Origin: a virus
Lineage: Duplodnaviria > Heunggongvirae > Uroviricota > Caudoviricetes
Strand: one strand, 5' to 3'
Virus record (IMG/VR): IMGVR_UViG_3300014205_000195
Location: 1-28,183 of that record
DNA length: 28,183 nt
A model generated the notes under the pieces. That model saw nothing but the letters and a program-made list of their open reading frames with translations. It made no database searches and was not told where the DNA came from. A program made the position numbers and the translations under genes. Each line of letters begins with the position of its first letter. Position 1 is the stretch's first letter. Positions 1 to 7,619 of the stretch are shown piece by piece.

Positions 1-87
1 CCACCCGTTCAGTCTCGACGTGACGGCCCACAGTATGGGTGTGGACAGCTGCCACCTGATGGCATACAGGACCAGGTCAGCCAGCAT
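1..87 (-). CDS. Small hydrophobic hypothetical protein, 3' end truncated by the window (not in ORF track)
   Basis: ATG at 87 overlaps the end of the DUF4326 gene; open frame to the window edge reads MLADLVLYAIRWQLSTPILWAVTSRLNGW. Confidence 0.55.
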   Translation of the reverse strand, partial: MLADLVLYAIRWQLSTPILWAVTSRLNGW

Positions 88-331
88 CCGCGAGCTCCGC
101 CAGCACGTCGCCGTGGCACGCCAGCGGCTTGCACCAGCACCCGAGCACCTTCCCGCGCAGGCCGGCCACCTTCGCGAGCAGCACGGGGGTCGCCAGCAGG
201 TAGTCACGGTACATCGCGATGACCTGCTCCCTCGTGCCGTCGCGCCCCACCACGTACGGGTTGCCCCATTCCGTCGGCCGGCCTATGTACACGTCGTAAC
301 CGCTCTTCTTGCAGTGGACAACGTACGTCAC
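77..331 (-). CDS. DUF4326 domain protein
   Basis: VVHCKK..YDVYIGRPTEWGNPY...REQVIAMYRDYL...LRGKVLGCWCKPLACHGDVL matches the typical DUF4326 pattern; GTGA overlap with the upstream gene. Confidence 0.85.
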   Translation of the reverse strand: MTYVVHCKKSGYDVYIGRPTEWGNPYVVGRDGTREQVIAMYRDYLLATPVLLAKVAGLRGKVLGCWCKPLACHGDVLAELADAG

Positions 332-744
332 TCTTCCACCCCCGCGATCTCGCTCTTCCGCCTCATCCAGGCGAACTTGGCGCGCAACGAGCGCGCGTAC
401 CTGTCGTGCCAGAACTCCAACGCTTCCGTCGCCGGCTCGTGCCTATGCCCCCAGGCCGTCCTGCCGGCGTAGAACCCGACCTCCGCAGCAGGGACCCATT
501 CCTCCCGCCACCACAGCGTCTCGCCGTCCATGCTCCTGCCGTACTTCTGGCTGAACTCCTCGTGGTTTAGCGAGCAGTACGCGTGCCCTATCGTGTCGCA
601 GGCGCAGACGTTCTCGCTGCTGCCAGTCATGCAGTGCGGGCATGGCTCCCTGCCCTCCAGCATCGGGTCGAAGTAGCCCCAGTATATGAGGTGGCACCCG
701 TGGCAGTAGTACTCGCGCTCGAAGCGACCGGAGTGCTCAGTCAT
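328..744 (-). CDS. Cys-rich (Zn-binding) hypothetical protein
   Basis: CHGC, CPHC and CAC..HxxC motifs; start moved to ATG 744 (MTEHSG), which overlaps the stop of the upstream gene. Confidence 0.65.
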   Translation of the reverse strand: MTEHSGRFEREYYCHGCHLIYWGYFDPMLEGREPCPHCMTGSSENVCACDTIGHAYCSLNHEEFSQKYGRSMDGETLWWREEWVPAAEVGFYAGRTAWGHRHEPATEALEFWHDRYARSLRAKFAWMRRKSEIAGVEE

Positions 745-1099
745 TGACGTCCCCACACACGACGCACCACCCGCGGATGAGGACATGCCCGTGCCTTGGG
801 CATCGCTTCGCCTGCGTGCCGCGCCACTGCACGCGATGCCTGGACACCGGCACCGTCTTCGGGCGCGGTCTGGGTGGGTAGTAGTGATCGGCAGCGAAGC
901 CCATGATGTCGCCCTCAGGTACGCCCAGGCGCCTGGCCTCCTCGATGACCGATGCCACGGTCGCGAGAACGAACGGGCCCTGCTTCCTGGAGCTGAGTAT
1001 GCCGTCCTCCGCCAGCTGCCTGACCTGGTCGTATGCTATGTCCAACCTCTTGGACACGTCCGTCATCGTCATGTACCCGTCCGGCACGACGAACGTCAC
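737..1099 (-). CDS. Excisionase-like (HTH_17/MerR-type) DNA-binding protein with C-terminal Zn ribbon
   Basis: YMTMTDVSKRLDIAYDQVRQLAEDGILSSRKQG is an Xis-type HTH pattern; C-terminal CPRHGH..WCVVC; GTGA overlap. Confidence 0.7.
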   Translation of the reverse strand: MTFVVPDGYMTMTDVSKRLDIAYDQVRQLAEDGILSSRKQGPFVLATVASVIEEARRLGVPEGDIMGFAADHYYPPRPRPKTVPVSRHRVQWRGTQAKRCPRHGHVLIRGWCVVCGDVND

Positions 1100-1926
1100 C
1101 GCGATGCCGCCATGTCGGCCAGCTCATCGAGCGTCACGTACCTGACCGGTATCGAGTTCTTTCGCGCGTACTCTATCTCGTGCCTGATCCCCGTCGACGA
1201 GTCCCACCCATCCATGCACAGCACCCACAGCTCGGCGCAGCCATCGAGGTATGAGACGGACACCTGTCCCCAGTAGTCCCAGTCGCCGGGGAGGTCGAGG
1301 CCGGCGGCCACGAAGTGGCAGTGCACGATCGGCGACAGCGGCACGCGTCCCGTGGCCGTGATGTACTTCACCGCCTCCAGCGCCGTCTCGTACCGCCGCC
1401 ACTGTTCGTCCTTCGTCCCGGAGTAGGGGGACGCCAGGTACACCATCCGCCCCGGGACCTTCATCAGCTCCGGCCTGGTGTCGTGCAGGACACACTCGCC
1501 GATGACGGTCCACCCCCGGGAGGCGCACGCCCTCGACAGACGCATCAGGGTACTGCCTGTCGTGGCCACGTCGTCCAGCAGGACCACGGATGCCCCGCCC
1601 GGCGGCTCCGTGCCGGACCACTCGGTGCCGTGGCCCTTCGGGTTCCACAGGAGCTTCGGCCTGTCGTCGTCCAGCAGCCCCAGCATGAGCGCCCCTGACA
1701 CGCCGGTACCGACCAACGTCGTCCCATCGTTGACGCCCATGCGCTCCAGCTTCTGTGTCAGCACGCGCCTTGCGTGTCCCGGCCACACGAGCATAGCCTC
1801 GCGCATATCGACGTACGTGTCGGACGTGCCACCGCCCGACAGCTTGAACTCGCCGAAGTGCGTGAACCGCTTCACGATGGCGTCCACGTCGTTATCCAGC
1901 AGTTTAGAGTCCCAGTAGTCGTTCAC
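1096..1926 (-). CDS. Orotate-phosphoribosyltransferase-like domain fused to a DUF1937 (nucleoside 2-deoxyribosyltransferase-like) domain
   Basis: N-terminal FGEFKLSGGGTSDTYVD, PKGHG and PRPP loop VVLLDDVATTGST; C-terminal (about 1096-1446) VYLASPYS..LSPIVHCH..DYW..YLDGCAELWVLCMDGWDSSTGIRHEIEYARKNSIPV; one uninterrupted ORF. Confidence 0.8.
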   Translation of the reverse strand: MNDYWDSKLLDNDVDAIVKRFTHFGEFKLSGGGTSDTYVDMREAMLVWPGHARRVLTQKLERMGVNDGTTLVGTGVSGALMLGLLDDDRPKLLWNPKGHGTEWSGTEPPGGASVVLLDDVATTGSTLMRLSRACASRGWTVIGECVLHDTRPELMKVPGRMVYLASPYSGTKDEQWRRYETALEAVKYITATGRVPLSPIVHCHFVAAGLDLPGDWDYWGQVSVSYLDGCAELWVLCMDGWDSSTGIRHEIEYARKNSIPVRYVTLDELADMAASR

Positions 1927-2300
1927 TCGTCGGCCCTCACGATAATCACCTTCGTCCGTTTCCTCCTGGCGACAGCCTTGTCTATAGAGTCCTTCGTCCC
2001 GTGGCTGACGCCATCCCAGAACGCCACGACGACGTCGGCATCCTCGACTATCAACGTGTTGCGGGCGAACGCCCGCCGCCTGAACTCCGCGCGGCCGGCG
2101 GGATACGGAGGCAGGCCTTCCCTGTCCACCGGATACTCCACCACCTCCAGCCCGCGCGCCCTCGCCGCGCCGGCCGCTATGGAGTCGACGCCGTCGGCCG
2201 CGCCGCTGACCACCACCGTGCCCTGCGGGAGGCGTGCCACCGTTGACACAACCAGGTCAGGGCGCAGGAAGTCGCGGGAGCCGACGAAGGCCACCCTCAT
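1923..2300 (-). CDS. SLOG-superfamily protein (YspA/DUF2493-like)
   Basis: MRVAFVGSRDF, VVVSGAADGVDSIAAGAA, RNTLIVEDADVVVAFWDGVSHGTKDSI; ATG 2300 forms an ATGA overlap with the thyX stop. Confidence 0.8.
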   Translation of the reverse strand: MRVAFVGSRDFLRPDLVVSTVARLPQGTVVVSGAADGVDSIAAGAARARGLEVVEYPVDREGLPPYPAGRAEFRRRAFARNTLIVEDADVVVAFWDGVSHGTKDSIDKAVARRKRTKVIIVRADE

Positions 2301-3088
2301 ATCTTGGACCACTCCGGCACCAGGGCAGGCTGCGGCCTGCCCGCGACAGGCAGTTCAACGAAGTCCCTGAACACGAGCGGCCACCTCGACCTGACCTCGT
2401 CCATGATCATGCCGGCCACGACGACGAACTCCTCCTCTACGCCGTCGGCGGTCCTCAGCTCGAGGACGTGCCTTAGCGTGCGAAGGTTCATCGAGAACCC
2501 GAACTGGGTGGCGACGCCCTGGCCTATCAGATCGCGGAACGCCGACGTCAGGACCTTCTTCTTGTGGAAGCTCCTCATGTCGTCCACCCCGAAGTGGTCC
2601 GCGAGCTCCCGCTGCCATGCCTGCATGAGGTCCCACTTCTCGGCCCAGAACGCAGACGCCCACTCGTCCTCGACGATGCAGCTCGGCATCCTGTACGGCA
2701 TATCCTCAGAGAATCGCACATAACGCATGCTCTCCTGTGAGAAGTGCGTCCCGACGCGGTGCCTGACGCACTCGTGGGTGAACACGCGGCTGACGTCACG
2801 GGCGACGAAGTTGATCAGCACGCTCTCGAAGATGGAGCCATGCTTACTGCGGATGATGTTCGTCACATACTCGTCGTGGTCCTCTCGGATCCTCGTGACG
2901 TTCGGGTTCATGCCGACCTCGAAGCTCTTGTAGCAGAGCCGGCCGTAGAACTCGAGGAGCCCTGTCGTGGCGTCCTCTGGGACGTCCCACCCGGTCCCTA
3001 TGTCGTCCAGATAGGCCTGCATGCCGGCCCTGTCTATCCCGGTGGCTCCGACCACGAACACCTTCGGCTTCACAGCATGTGCGACCAC
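2297..3088 (-). CDS. thyX: FAD-dependent thymidylate synthase
   Basis: EFYGRLCY, HGSIFE, SRVFTHECVRHRVGTHFSQESMRY (RHR-x-SQxSxR signature), NLRTLRHVLELR; SD GGGAGG. Confidence 0.95.
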   Translation of the reverse strand: MVAHAVKPKVFVVGATGIDRAGMQAYLDDIGTGWDVPEDATTGLLEFYGRLCYKSFEVGMNPNVTRIREDHDEYVTNIIRSKHGSIFESVLINFVARDVSRVFTHECVRHRVGTHFSQESMRYVRFSEDMPYRMPSCIVEDEWASAFWAEKWDLMQAWQRELADHFGVDDMRSFHKKKVLTSAFRDLIGQGVATQFGFSMNLRTLRHVLELRTADGVEEEFVVVAGMIMDEVRSRWPLVFRDFVELPVAGRPQPALVPEWSKI

Positions 3089-3111
3089 TAGTACCTCCCG
3101 TACGTCTCTAG

Positions 3112-3117
3112 ATAATA
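3112..3117 (-). promoter_or_regulatory. Putative -10 element (ggTATTAT) for the thyX operon
   Basis: TATTAT 23 nt upstream of the thyX start; the same GGTAnnAT context recurs before other genes. Confidence 0.45.
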
Positions 3118-3119
3118 CC

Positions 3120-3148
3120 GGGGGGCGGCCGCCTGCCCCCCGCCGCCC
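3120..3148. terminator. GC-rich hairpin after the lysozyme-fold gene (possible terminator without U-tract)
   Basis: gggcggc(3123-3129)/gccgccc(3142-3148), or alternative pairing ggggggc/gcccccc, directly after the stop codon. Confidence 0.4.
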
Positions 3149-3149
3149 A

Positions 3150-3770
3150 TCAGTAGATGCCGTACCTGTTGGCGCAGTGGTACCAACCGCCAGTGCCGCC
3201 GAACCGCCCGATGGCGTTCCTCAGCCACAGCGCGGTGCGGAGGTTCACCACTGGATCGAACCTCTGCTCGAAGTTCTCCCCCGCGCGATCGAAGTGGCCC
3301 CTCCCGTTCAACTGCGCCAGCCCGTAGCTGCCGCTGTTGGGGTCGGCACTGTTGTGTGCGTACGGATTCAGGGTGCCGCCGGTCTCGCAGTAGACGATGA
3401 GCCTCATCTGCGCCCACCTCTCCTGGTCCCAGCCGGCGGCGGCCCCGGCAGCATCCAGCTCGTCCCACGTCAGCCAGCTGCCGGACACGACGGGCGGCCC
3501 GGCCGGCGCCGACGCCGCCGACACGGCAGGGGCATCCAGACGAGCCACCTCCGTCGCGACGGCCGCGGGCGGCGCCTCCGTCGGGGTGGTGACGGTCGTT
3601 GTCGCCGTGGCCGGCGCCTCCGTCTGGACGACCGTCGGGGCGGGCGTCTGCGTCGCAGCGATGGCCTTCGTGGCCACTGTCTGTTGGACCGGCGATTCGG
3701 CCGATCCACCGGCGCATGCCGTGGTCGTCAAAAGGCAAAGCGTTGCCGCGATGGCTGCGATGATCTTCAT
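3150..3770 (-). CDS. Secreted or lipid-anchored lysozyme-fold (lytic transglycosylase/Rpf-like) protein
   Basis: Signal peptide MKIIAAIAATLCLLTTTAC with a lipobox-like Cys; Pro/Thr/Ala linker; IVYCETGG..NPYA..SYGLAQLN..FDPVVNLRTALWL; SD GAGGAG supports ATG 3770. Confidence 0.75.
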   Translation of the reverse strand: MKIIAAIAATLCLLTTTACAGGSAESPVQQTVATKAIAATQTPAPTVVQTEAPATATTTVTTPTEAPPAAVATEVARLDAPAVSAASAPAGPPVVSGSWLTWDELDAAGAAAGWDQERWAQMRLIVYCETGGTLNPYAHNSADPNSGSYGLAQLNGRGHFDRAGENFEQRFDPVVNLRTALWLRNAIGRFGGTGGWYHCANRYGIY

Positions 3771-3870
3771 GCTTGGTAGTAGCTCCTCTTTTTGTTTCCC
3801 CATGCTCTCGGCTCTGCGGAACGAGACCTTCGGCCCGTGGTGGGCCGCGTGAACGCGTGGGGTGTCTGGT

Positions 3871-3912
3871 GGGGGCGGCGGGGGACCGACTCTACGGACG
3901 CCGGCCGCCCCC
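3871..3912. other. GC-rich hairpin in the holin/lysozyme-gene intergenic region
   Basis: 9-bp stem gggggcggc(3871-3879)/gccgccccc(3904-3912). Confidence 0.45.
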
Positions 3913-3956
3913 CAATTCCTTCTCGTTGTCCCTGCTTCGACCGCTAGCTAAGTCAG

Positions 3957-4367
3957 CTAGGTGTTGCCGTCGCCTGGTCTGGTTGCAATGGTGTCGCCGC
4001 CGTCGCCCGGCCCACGCGTAGTGAGCTGGCCGAGGAGGCCTCTAACGTCGAGACCCATGAGCGCAGAGATGTTGCCGACCGCACTGCCCACGACGCTGGA
4101 CGCTGCCAGCGCGTAGACCGCCCGCCCGAAGTTGTCGCTGATGATGGCGGCTGCCCCCCATGCGACTACCACGAATACGGCCTTCTGCGCGATCCTCATC
4201 GACTCGCGCCAGTCGAACTCGTTCTTCTGGAACGCGAGGAACACCCCGGTGACGAAGTCGAGAACGAGCAGCGTCACCAGCCACTGGGCCATCGCCCCGT
4301 CGAAGACGTGGAGCAGGTCGCCCCACGCCCTCACCTGGGACTCGTCGATAATACCAGAAAGATCCAT
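3957..4367 (-). CDS. Holin (phage_holin_4-like)
   Basis: Several hydrophobic segments, LLVLDFVTGVFLAF..K..F motif, position directly after the endolysin, SD AAGGAGG. Confidence 0.8.
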   Translation of the reverse strand: MDLSGIIDESQVRAWGDLLHVFDGAMAQWLVTLLVLDFVTGVFLAFQKNEFDWRESMRIAQKAVFVVVAWGAAAIISDNFGRAVYALAASSVVGSAVGNISALMGLDVRGLLGQLTTRGPGDGGDTIATRPGDGNT

Positions 4368-4376
4368 CGCCCCTCC

Positions 4377-5813
4377 TTACGTCCCGTCCGCGCAGATCGC
4401 TTTGACGTCTTCGGCGGTCTGCGCGAGCGATGCGGATACCCTGGCGAGCGCGTCGTGGTCGACGCAGCACGCGCCATCGTCGCCGTCGCTCGCCTCCAGC
4501 GTTGCCACCCGGTCCTGCGTGAGGGCGAGACCGAGGTGGATACTCTGTCCATCGTTGTAGATGTGATCGAGGGCCGCGTCCCCCGTCAGCATCGAGTACG
4601 TGGGGTTGCCGTCGGCATCAGTGCCGGACTCCACCCTCACCCCGTTGGCGGCGACCACCGCCTTCAGCTTGTCGACCACGGCCTTGATGGCCTCAACGTC
4701 CTCCCTGAGCGCCACGTCGTCCTCCTCGCCCTCGTAATAGTCGTTCGGGTCCCTCAACGACGAGAAGTCCAGCGGGAAGCCCGGGTTGGTGCTCACGGCC
4801 ATGTGCACGTGATCGCCGTTGGCGGCACCGGTGTGCCCGACGTACCCTATGAGGTCACCGGCCGATACGCGCTGGCCGACCGCCAGGCCGTCGGCGAACC
4901 GGTCGAGATGGGCGATAGCTAGGAACAGGCCGCCGCTCTCTATGTTCACCCAGTTGCCGAACTGGTACCCGGCGCCGGCCGGGTAAACGTGCGACACCGT
5001 GCCGTCGCACGGAGCGTAGACGTGCGTGCCGCGGGGGGCCGCGAAGTCTATGCCTCCGTGCTCGTACGGCGTGCCGTCGACGCGCGTGTACGTGGCCCGG
5101 TAGCCGCCAGACACCCAGCCGGGTGGCGTGTCTACCGGCCATCGCTCGATGGACAGGCGGTCGGCGTCGACTGGTGGCTGGCGCCTGTCCCAACCGAGGT
5201 CGACGCTCTGCCCGCAGAGGTCCGTGGTGCCCTTGAACTGGTACATCGTCGGCTCTGAGAACCCGCCGTACTCGCGACCCGGCCACGGCTCTATGACCGG
5301 GTTGTCGGCGCTGGCGGCCTCAGGGAACCAGGCGTCCCACAGCATGAGATGGCCGAACTCCGTGGTGGGGCCCATCATCGGACGCCACCACCACCGGCCC
5401 GTGTATATGCCTGGAGTCACGCCGACCGCGGCCAGGCGCGCCACGCAGCGCTGGAGGAACACGCGCCTGTCGTCCTGTATGAGGCGCGGCGACTCTGTGT
5501 CCTCCGCGTCCAGCCACCACGTCCCCACAGGGACGCCGGTGAGGACTGACATCGCCGTGTCCACCTGGCGGACTGGATCGCCCTCCATGTACAAATAGAT
5601 GTAGGCATCGAGCCGCACCTCGATGCCCATGCTGCGTGCCGTCGTCAGCCAGGACGTCGCCTGCTGCACCGACCACAGTCCTGCCGTGTTCGGATTGCCG
5701 ACGCCGACGACGAGCGTCCTGATGCCCCCCCTGAGCAGGCACCTGGCCTCCTCTGAGGTCAGCTCTCCGCCCCATCTGCTCATGTCGACGCAATTCAATA
5801 CTGGCGCGGCCAC
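4377..5813 (-). CDS. Endolysin: GH25 muramidase + M23 peptidase + C-terminal helical region
   Basis: VDMSRW and WWLDAE (GH25 catalytic residues), LWDAW, MYQFKGT..VDL; HGGIDFAAPRGT..AHLD..VGHTG..GDHVH (M23 HxxxD and HxH). Confidence 0.9.
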   Translation of the reverse strand: MAAPVLNCVDMSRWGGELTSEEARCLLRGGIRTLVVGVGNPNTAGLWSVQQATSWLTTARSMGIEVRLDAYIYLYMEGDPVRQVDTAMSVLTGVPVGTWWLDAEDTESPRLIQDDRRVFLQRCVARLAAVGVTPGIYTGRWWWRPMMGPTTEFGHLMLWDAWFPEAASADNPVIEPWPGREYGGFSEPTMYQFKGTTDLCGQSVDLGWDRRQPPVDADRLSIERWPVDTPPGWVSGGYRATYTRVDGTPYEHGGIDFAAPRGTHVYAPCDGTVSHVYPAGAGYQFGNWVNIESGGLFLAIAHLDRFADGLAVGQRVSAGDLIGYVGHTGAANGDHVHMAVSTNPGFPLDFSSLRDPNDYYEGEEDDVALREDVEAIKAVVDKLKAVVAANGVRVESGTDADGNPTYSMLTGDAALDHIYNDGQSIHLGLALTQDRVATLEASDGDDGACCVDHDALARVSASLAQTAEDVKAICADGT

Positions 5814-5859
5814 TGGTCACCCTCTAAAGCGCTCCAGCGGCCGCGGGCGGACAGCCTCG

Positions 5860-7134
5860 CTACTCGCTGTGAATCCAGTATGCCTCGCCGATTGACAGCT
5901 CAGAGACCCCTCCGGCGTTTACGAAGTCCGGGACTCCCCTTATCCAGTGCCTCCATGTGGCAGACTGGTCGTCCCACTCGTAGACGAAGTCCACCGACGG
6001 GTAAACGAGGTCGAGAAGGAAGGTCGGAGTCGCGTCGCCGGAAGCGAGGTTCCATCCCGGATAGAGCACGAGTGCGTCCTTGTCCATGAAGCTCTCGCGA
6101 CAGAACAGGTAATAGACCTCCCCGGCGTTCATCACCGGCCCGAGCGTTGACCCCAGCGGCTGCCTCGGCTTCAGCCACTCGTAGGTGCCGACGCCGTTGA
6201 CGACGACGGGATGGTAGATGACGCTCACGCAGGGGTGCTGCGCGACGAAGCCGGCGGTGAGGAAGCTGACCTCGGGAACGAGGACGTTCCATCGGAACGC
6301 CAGCGTTATTGGCGGCGCGGCACCGATCGGAGGCGTCGGCGTGGCGGTGGCCGTTGGTGTAACGGACACGGTCGGCGTGGGTGTGGATGTAGCTGTTGCG
6401 GTGACGGTCGGCGTCGGTCCTATCGGGTCCCCGCCGTAAAGGGCAAACAAGCCAGCAACATCGTCTGCCTCTGGGCCAGCCATCGGCCCGTGATAGATGG
6501 GAAGCATGAGCGCCCCCGGCACGTCCGTGTGGCCGAGGCCAAGCGAGTGGCCGAGCTCGTGCATGGCCACTGTCTTGAAGTCGATCGAGCCCCACGAGGC
6601 GTTACCGTTGAACATGACGTCCCACTCCTGCATGTCCGAGCTGCAGGAGATGGCGAGAATGGACGATTGTCCGAGCAGCCCCCAGGTGATGGTGTTGGCG
6701 CCGTCGATGCCGCCGGTGCACCGGGTGGACACCCGGTCAGTAAGCCCATCAAACTCGTACTCGAACGCGGAGCTGACGCGCCACGCGGCGGCGGCGTACG
6801 CCAGCGATGCGGACGCGCCAGCGATCGCAGCATGCTGCCCGTCTGGGTTGTAGGCAAAGTGCGACGGGGACGGCTTGGTGAACCCGGTGAAACTGAAGGC
6901 CTGCTCCTCGTCGGAGCCGTAGAGCTCGACGAGCTCCGCCCTAACGGCGACTGGATCGGCGCCCGGGACCACCATGGCCTCCAGCGTGACCAACCCGCCG
7001 TTAGCGTCCACGAACGTGACGGCGTACTTGTCGCCGGCGCTGGGCCCGGCGTTGCCGTGCGAGTACCACAGCAGCGCCACTGCCATGGCCAAGGCCACCG
7101 CCAGCAGGCCGTGCCTGAGCGCAATTCTCAACAT
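5860..7134 (-). CDS. Secreted matrixin-family (M10) zinc metallopeptidase
   Basis: Signal peptide; HELGHSLGLGH (HExxHxxGxxH) plus Met-turn ALMLPIY; Thr-Pro linker; C-terminal LYPGWNLASG..W..W..EAYWI domain; SD AGAGGAG; TGATG overlap supports ATG 7134. Confidence 0.9.
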   Translation of the reverse strand: MLRIALRHGLLAVALAMAVALLWYSHGNAGPSAGDKYAVTFVDANGGLVTLEAMVVPGADPVAVRAELVELYGSDEEQAFSFTGFTKPSPSHFAYNPDGQHAAIAGASASLAYAAAAWRVSSAFEYEFDGLTDRVSTRCTGGIDGANTITWGLLGQSSILAISCSSDMQEWDVMFNGNASWGSIDFKTVAMHELGHSLGLGHTDVPGALMLPIYHGPMAGPEADDVAGLFALYGGDPIGPTPTVTATATSTPTPTVSVTPTATATPTPPIGAAPPITLAFRWNVLVPEVSFLTAGFVAQHPCVSVIYHPVVVNGVGTYEWLKPRQPLGSTLGPVMNAGEVYYLFCRESFMDKDALVLYPGWNLASGDATPTFLLDLVYPSVDFVYEWDDQSATWRHWIRGVPDFVNAGGVSELSIGEAYWIHSE

Positions 7135-7238
7135 CAACCAATTCTCCTCTTGGCGGCCGCGTCACCCGTGACCGCCCATGCGATAATGCCCATCGCTCCC
7201 GTCAACATACCGACGCTGAACATGAACCAGAGCCTCAC
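7134..7238 (-). CDS. 34-aa single-pass membrane peptide (not in ORF track)
   Basis: GTG 7238 with SD GGAGG; MRLWFMFSVGMLTGAMGIIAWAVTGDAAAKRRIG; its TGA overlaps the matrixin ATG. Confidence 0.65.
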   Translation of the reverse strand: MRLWFMFSVGMLTGAMGIIAWAVTGDAAAKRRIG

Positions 7239-7267
7239 GGTTGACCTCCGCGCGTATGCGTATATAG

Positions 7268-7278
7268 ATGATACCAGG
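7268..7278 (-). promoter_or_regulatory. Putative extended -10 promoter CCTGGTATCAT for the lysis/envelope operon
   Basis: TG-n-TATCAT; an identical 11-mer lies at 10459-10469. Confidence 0.5.
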
Positions 7279-7436
7279 TCAGGACCTGCCTCTGCTTCGG
7301 TACATTATGAATGTGGCGGGCGGCCATGTTACGGTTCGATATCAGTTGGTCGGGACCCGGCTCACGCGCATTCGACCCGTAGTTACGGTGAATGTCTCGC
7401 TGCTGAGGAACACAGAGACACGTAGGAGACAGAGAT

Positions 7437-7619
7437 ATGCCAAAGAAACGAGTGATGCCAATCATCCGGTTGTCGACCGACGAGCGCGGCCCGAACGGCG
7501 TGACCGTGTACAGGGGCCCCCGCGGCCGGTTCGTGGTCAGGACGCCGCACAAGGCAAGCGTGATAGACGACTGGATCGCGCGCCGCATGGAACCGCCAGT
7601 CACGGCGGGCAGGCCATGA
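7437..7619 (+). CDS. Small basic hypothetical protein
   Basis: SD AGGAG before the ATG; ATGA overlap with the next ORF. Confidence 0.6.
   Translation: MPKKRVMPIIRLSTDERGPNGVTVYRGPRGRFVVRTPHKASVIDDWIARRMEPPVTAGRP

Noticed and set aside
3771-3956. ydaO (c-di-AMP) riboswitch expected upstream of Rpf-like genes
   Set aside because: The conserved GCUGAAUC and GUCAGCUAAC-type consensus blocks could not be aligned on the sense strand
7325-7385. GGTTCGATATC and TTCGACCC, resembling tRNA T-loops
   Set aside because: No acceptor, D or anticodon stems could be assembled around them
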